Source: a bacterium (GTDB lineage Bacteria; UBA8248; JACPRG01; G963555815). From it: a DNA stretch of 64,000 nt. The position numbers were made by a program, and so were the translations under genes. Where the stretch lies: NCBI GenBank assembly GCA_965218795.1, contig OZ244653.1, forward strand, positions 3,168,001 through 3,232,000, given 5' to 3'. Below, piece by piece: positions 59,171 through 64,000 of this stretch. Below the pieces are notes generated by a model. It was not told the DNA's origin. It ran no database searches and saw nothing but the letters and a program-made list of their open reading frames with translations. Position 1 is the stretch's first letter; each line of letters opens with the position of its first letter.

Positions 59171-60085
59171 ATGGCGAAGACCCCCCTTGGATTCATCGGC
59201 CTGGGTCTCATGGGGCGGCCCATGGCGCGCCGCCTCCTGGCGGAGGGATACCCTCTCGCCGCGGCCAACCGCAGCGGACCCGCCGTGGACGCGCTCGCCA
59301 AGGAGGGGGCCACGGCGTGCGCCAATCCCGCGGAGGCGGCCCGCCGCGCGGAGGTGATCTTCACCATGCTGCCCGACGCCCCGGACGTGGAGGCGGTGGT
59401 GTTCGGAGACAACGGCCTGGCCTCCGCGATGCGGCCCGGGAGCGCGTTGATCGACTGCACGAGCAATTCGCCCGCTTGCGCGGCCCGGGTGGCGAAGGCG
59501 CTGGGAGAGCGGGGATGCGAGATGCTCGACGCCCCGGTTTCGGGCGCGCCCGAGGGAGCGGAGGCCGGGACCCTGGCCATCATGGCGGGCGGGCCGCGGG
59601 AAACCTTCGAGCGCTGCCGCGCCGTCCTGGAATGCCTGGGAGAGAAGGTGGTCCACGTGGGCGAGGCGCCCGGCTCGGGGTGCGTGGCCAAGCTGGCGAA
59701 CCAGATCCTCGTGGGGACCACGTTTCTCGGGGTGGGGGAGGCGCTGGTGTTCGGCGCGAAAGCCGGGCTGGACGCCGCGGCGCTGGTCGACGTGCTGGGG
59801 GCCGGGCTCGGGCGATGCGGAGCGCTCGAGGTGAAGGGACCCAAGATCCTGGCCGGCGACTTCACGCCCGGAGGACGGGTGGAAAGCCACGCCAAGGATT
59901 TGCGCTACGCCCTGGACCAGGCCCGAGAGATGAAAATGCCCCTGCCGGCCACCGCTCTGGTGGCCCAGATGTTTCACGCCCTTGGCGCCGCGGGCGAAGG
60001 GGATCTGGATCACATCGCCATCATCCGCGTCATCGAGCGCCTGGCGGGCGCGGAGGCCCGGGCTTCGAACGCCGAGAGCGGTTAA
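59171..60085 (+). CDS. Beta-hydroxyacid dehydrogenase (tartronate semialdehyde reductase / 3-hydroxyisobutyrate dehydrogenase family)
   Basis: GFIGLGLMG.PMA, LDAPVSG, GTLAIMAGG, KLANQ, KDL. Confidence 0.92.
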   Translation: MAKTPLGFIGLGLMGRPMARRLLAEGYPLAAANRSGPAVDALAKEGATACANPAEAARRAEVIFTMLPDAPDVEAVVFGDNGLASAMRPGSALIDCTSNSPACAARVAKALGERGCEMLDAPVSGAPEGAEAGTLAIMAGGPRETFERCRAVLECLGEKVVHVGEAPGSGCVAKLANQILVGTTFLGVGEALVFGAKAGLDAAALVDVLGAGLGRCGALEVKGPKILAGDFTPGGRVESHAKDLRYALDQAREMKMPLPATALVAQMFHALGAAGEGDLDHIAIIRVIERLAGAEARASNAESG

Positions 60086-60494
60086 CGGTCCGTCGTGGCG
60101 CGGGGTTGATTTGACCCGGCTTTTGGTTGCTCGAACCGCCCCGGCTTGCCGAAAGAAAAGGCCCAGGAATCGCCTATAAAACGGCGCGTCCGGGGCCTTT
60201 TTCGACCGTTGCACGGCCGTAATCTACAATTATTTCTTTTGGGGTTTTGGGTCTTTCCGGTGGGTCGTCCGGGTTTTCTCAGGGGTGCGCTGTGTGGCGC
60301 TCAGCGGAGCGCTGTCTACCCATCCCGGCCCCAGGGCGGTTCAACCCCCATGTCTTTCATTTGTCCCGGAAAAGGCGCTTGTTACGCGATTATTAGGCGT
60401 TTGAGGCAGGAAAGCGACGGTCGGTTTTTGGGCCGCAGGATAGGCGTTCACGCGCACATTGCAGAGCGCGCCGACGGCACCCACCGCCACTTTT

Positions 60495-60523
60495 CCACGG
60501 TATCCCACGGTATCCCACGGTAT
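60495..60523. repeat. 10-bp tandem repeat, 3 copies
   Basis: CCACGGTATC CCACGGTATC CCACGGTAT. Confidence 0.85.
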
Positions 60524-60684
60524 TTTGGCCGCCTACAGTTATAAAAACAACTCTTCATCCTTTCGGCATGAAGCCGTGCGCGGGTGGGCCCTCGGCCTCC
60601 TCCTGCTCATTCAATTCAGCCAGCGCGGTCACGCTCCTGGTCAGCGATTCCCCGAGGGATGAATCCGGAAGGCCACGCTCCCGG

Positions 60685-60713
60685 TTGACGGTTTTCCTCC
60701 CGATTGTTATTTT
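60685..60713 (+). promoter_or_regulatory. sigma70-like promoter
   Basis: TTGACG-N17-TATTTT with extended -10 TG, ~150 bp before the molybdoenzyme gene. Confidence 0.55.
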
Positions 60714-60860
60714 CGCTGAGAATCATTACGCTGGTCCTGACTCATGAACGGATTCCGGCGGCCGGAGTGACTGTCAGCGTCCCCGTGTTCCGGCTATCGA
60801 AGGGAAGCCGCCGCCTGCTCTTTTGAAGCCTGATTCGGCTGATCGAAGGAATATCCAACA

Positions 60861-63146
60861 ATGGTCATCGAGCACACATTCGTCGGACGCCGTCTACCGA
60901 TGGTGGACGGAAAAGAGAAAGCCGCCGGTGTCGGGGAGAACATCGCCGACATGAGTCTCCCGGGGATGCTTCACGGCAGAATGCTGCGGAGCCCCCATCC
61001 CCACGCCAGAATTCTCAACATCGACACGGCAGAGGCCGAGAAGGTGCCGGGGGTCAAGGCGATCCTCACCGGCCGGAACTCGCCTCAGCCAAGATTCGGG
61101 ATCTCCACCCTGGATGAAACACCCTTCTGCACGGACAAGGCGCGGTACGTGGGCGATGAGGTCGCGGGCGTGGTCGCCGAGACGGAGGAGGCGCTGGAGG
61201 AGGCGCTATCCAGGATTTCGGTCGAGTATGAACCGCTCACTCCCGTCACGGATCCGCTGGACGCCCTGGAGGAGGGAGCGCCGCTTGTCCATGAAGACAA
61301 GCCCGGAAACGTCGCCTACGGCTTCGAGATAGAACGCGGGGAGGTGGACGACGCCTTCCGTCGCGCCGATCAAGTGTTCGAGGGAGCCTATCGCACCCAC
61401 CTCACGCACCAGGCGTATCTCGAGCCCACTGGGGCGATCGGCTCCTTTCAGGACGGACGGTTGACGGTTTGGGGCTGCCTGCAATCGATTTATGCCATTC
61501 GCCCTTACCTCCTCTCGCGTCCGATGGAGATTCCGCTGGACAACGTCACCGTCGTCCAGACGCGTCCGGGCGGGGCCTTCGGCGGAAAGCTGGACGTCAA
61601 ACTCGCCTTGCTGGTCGGCCTTCTGAGCCGTGCCGTCGAGGCTCCGGTCCGGTGCATCCTGACGCTGGAAGAAGACCTGATCAGCATGCGGCCCCGCATG
61701 CCGGCCATCCTGGATATCCAGTCCGCTTTTTCGAAAGGCGGCAAGTTCATGGGGAAAAGGGTCAAGGTGGTTGCCGACAATGGGGCCTATTGCAGCCTTT
61801 CCCCGCAAATCATGAGCTCACTGGCCCTTCGGACGGACTCCCTCTACCGCACCCCCGCCGTGAAGATTGACGCAAAACTCGCCTATACCAACACCGAACC
61901 CACCGGGCAGATGCGGGGATTCGGCAATCTTCAGGCCACCTTCGCATGGGAAAGTCATCTGGACGAAGTGGCCGAGGGGTTGGGCATCGACCCCGTCGAC
62001 GTCCGTCTCAAGAACCTGACGGAAACCGGCGATACTTCCATCCACGGGTGGAAGATCATCAGCTGCGGCATCTCCGACTGCCTCCGGCAGGCCGCCGAGG
62101 CGATTCAATGGAAAGAGCTTCGCAACGGTCAGGAGGCGGGGCGCGGCGTAGGGCTCGCCTGCTGCATCCACGTGACCGGCAACCGTGGGTTCAGCGCCGC
62201 CCTGGTGGATAAAGACGACGACCCGTCGGAAACCGAGGTGGTCATCCGCGACGACGGGAAGGTGGAGATCCGGTCAGGAGAATGCGATCTCGGAGAGGGG
62301 GCGGGAACGGTCATGGCCCTTGTGGCGGCGGAAGAGCTCGGACTTCCGTATGACGACATGATCGCCGCTGTCCATGACACATCCATCGTTCCTTTCGGCC
62401 TGGGGGCCTTCGCCAGCCGGATCACGCTCATGGGGGGCGCCGCAACCCGCGACGCCGCCATCAACGCCCGCCGGATGCTCGTCGAGGCCGCGGCGGCGGC
62501 CTTCGAGGTCCGGCCCGAAGAGGTCGAGAAGGACGGCGGGGAATTCTTCGTCCGGAGCATGCCGGCCCGGAAGATGACCGTTCAGGAGGTGGTTCAGTCC
62601 ACCGGAAAATCCACACTCTCCGCCATGGGCCGATTCGAGGCGGGAGGGGACATCCTCGACCCCAAGGACAAGTACGGAAACGCCTCCACGACCTACTCCT
62701 TCTCGGTCCATGCGGCGGATGTGACGGTGGACCTGGAAACCGGGGAGATCCGGGTGAACAGGGTCATTGCGGCTCATGATCCGGGCAAGGTGATCAACGT
62801 TTTGGGTGCCGAGGGGCAGGTCGAAGGCGGAGCCGCTCAGGGTGCGGCCTATGCGTTGATGGAAGAGCTGGTCAAGGACGGATCCGGCAAGATTCTCAAC
62901 AACAACTTCGAGGGCTACCTGCTCCCGACCTCCCTGGACGCCTTTGACGTGGATTCGATTTGGGTGGAGACCATTGACCCGGTGGGTCCGTTTGGGGCCA
63001 AGGGCCTCGCCGAGACGGCAATCAATCCGACCCCCGCAGCGGTGGCGAATGCGGTCTGCAACGCCACGGGGGTACGAATCCGGCATCTCCCGGTGACGCC
63101 GGAGAAAATCGTCGCCGGGATGAATGACGGAAAAAATGTTTCATAG
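60861..63146 (+). CDS. Xanthine dehydrogenase family molybdopterin-binding subunit
   Basis: LRSPHPHARI, GGAFGGK, MRGFG, ASR, GQVEGG..QG, GPFGAKGLAE. Confidence 0.93.
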   Translation: MVIEHTFVGRRLPMVDGKEKAAGVGENIADMSLPGMLHGRMLRSPHPHARILNIDTAEAEKVPGVKAILTGRNSPQPRFGISTLDETPFCTDKARYVGDEVAGVVAETEEALEEALSRISVEYEPLTPVTDPLDALEEGAPLVHEDKPGNVAYGFEIERGEVDDAFRRADQVFEGAYRTHLTHQAYLEPTGAIGSFQDGRLTVWGCLQSIYAIRPYLLSRPMEIPLDNVTVVQTRPGGAFGGKLDVKLALLVGLLSRAVEAPVRCILTLEEDLISMRPRMPAILDIQSAFSKGGKFMGKRVKVVADNGAYCSLSPQIMSSLALRTDSLYRTPAVKIDAKLAYTNTEPTGQMRGFGNLQATFAWESHLDEVAEGLGIDPVDVRLKNLTETGDTSIHGWKIISCGISDCLRQAAEAIQWKELRNGQEAGRGVGLACCIHVTGNRGFSAALVDKDDDPSETEVVIRDDGKVEIRSGECDLGEGAGTVMALVAAEELGLPYDDMIAAVHDTSIVPFGLGAFASRITLMGGAATRDAAINARRMLVEAAAAAFEVRPEEVEKDGGEFFVRSMPARKMTVQEVVQSTGKSTLSAMGRFEAGGDILDPKDKYGNASTTYSFSVHAADVTVDLETGEIRVNRVIAAHDPGKVINVLGAEGQVEGGAAQGAAYALMEELVKDGSGKILNNNFEGYLLPTSLDAFDVDSIWVETIDPVGPFGAKGLAETAINPTPAAVANAVCNATGVRIRHLPVTPEKIVAGMNDGKNVS

Positions 63147-63210
63147 GTGACCCTTCGGACCGCAAAGCCGGGCTTTCCGGTCCCCCGATTCAAAATGAAT
63201 GAGGAAATCC

Positions 63211-64000
63211 ATGCCCGAGAAAAGAACCTGGATTCTGCAGGAGATCACCTGGCCGGAGGTCGAGGCCTACCTGAAGCGGGATGACATCATTCTGCTCCCC
63301 GTGGGGAGCGTCGAACAGCACGCCTATCACATGCCCCTGGGCACGGACGCCTATACCGCCATCGGCTTCGCGGAGGACGCCGCCCGAGAGGCCGATGCCT
63401 TGTGCGCCGCTCCGGTCTGGTACGGGTGGGCGACGCACCACATGGGATACCCGGGTACGGTTTCATTGAAACCGGAGACATTCACAGAGTTGGTCTATGA
63501 GATCGGCATCAGCCTTATCTACCATGGGTTCAAAAAGATTGTCATCGTCAACGGGAACGCCCAGGCCAACCTGCCGCCCATGCACATCGCCGCCAACAAA
63601 TTGGCCAACGAGACGAACGCAGCCGCGGTCGTTGTGGACCCCTGGGACATCGGGGATGCCGTTTCGCGGGAGTTGATGGCCGGCGTTCCCGGAAGCATGG
63701 GACATGCATCCCAGCATGAGTGTTCCCAGATGCTCCACATTCACCCGAGCCTGTGCGACATGAGCAAGGCCGAGGCCAACGTCTGGAGACAGCGGGAGTT
63801 TCACTTCTCGGATCACTATGTCGCGGGAAACCGGGCCCACTGGGCCAAAACACCGGAGGCCTTTCGCGAGGCCACCCTGCCGAGCGGCGCGTTCGGCGAC
63901 CCCGGCCATTGCTCGGCCGAAAAAGGGAAAATCTTCCATGAGGCCATCGTGACCAATATCGTCAAGCTCATCCGGGAACTTCGAGAAATGGAAGTGCAAA
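63211..64000 (+). CDS. Creatininase family amidohydrolase (runs off window)
   Basis: Manual translation MPEKRTWILQEITWPEV...LPVGSVEQH..HMPLGTD...HHMGYPGT...NGN...GHA..HE; no stop in window. Confidence 0.9.
   Translation, partial: MPEKRTWILQEITWPEVEAYLKRDDIILLPVGSVEQHAYHMPLGTDAYTAIGFAEDAAREADALCAAPVWYGWATHHMGYPGTVSLKPETFTELVYEIGISLIYHGFKKIVIVNGNAQANLPPMHIAANKLANETNAAAVVVDPWDIGDAVSRELMAGVPGSMGHASQHECSQMLHIHPSLCDMSKAEANVWRQREFHFSDHYVAGNRAHWAKTPEAFREATLPSGAFGDPGHCSAEKGKIFHEAIVTNIVKLIRELREMEVQ

Overview
GC-rich bacterial chromosomal window. The left ~36 kb is mostly housekeeping and energy metabolism: nuoA-B-C' divergent from an NAD-linked formate dehydrogenase, hsp20, bioF-bioA-rhodanese-bioD, vWA/MoxR/yqeB, rimI, cvpA, pyk, glycerate kinase, an ABC exporter and a full A1-type cytochrome c oxidase operon. 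The right ~28 kb is accessory: a decayed dual-OB/DUF488/DUF488 module, a DUF1302-DUF1329-YCF48-RND cluster, gene remnants, palindrome arrays, low-GC orphans with an attC-like site, a type I R-M system (hsdR plus fused hsdM-S), and a molybdenum hydroxylase/creatininase locus. The most striking signal is a GxxExxY nuclease gene inside the R-M operon. It is bounded by a perfect 26-bp inverted repeat and followed by tandem hairpin copies of that repeat, and two more copies lie in frame within hsdM-S. This is a candidate nuclease-driven palindromic mobile element. All calls come from reading the sequence; no searches were run.
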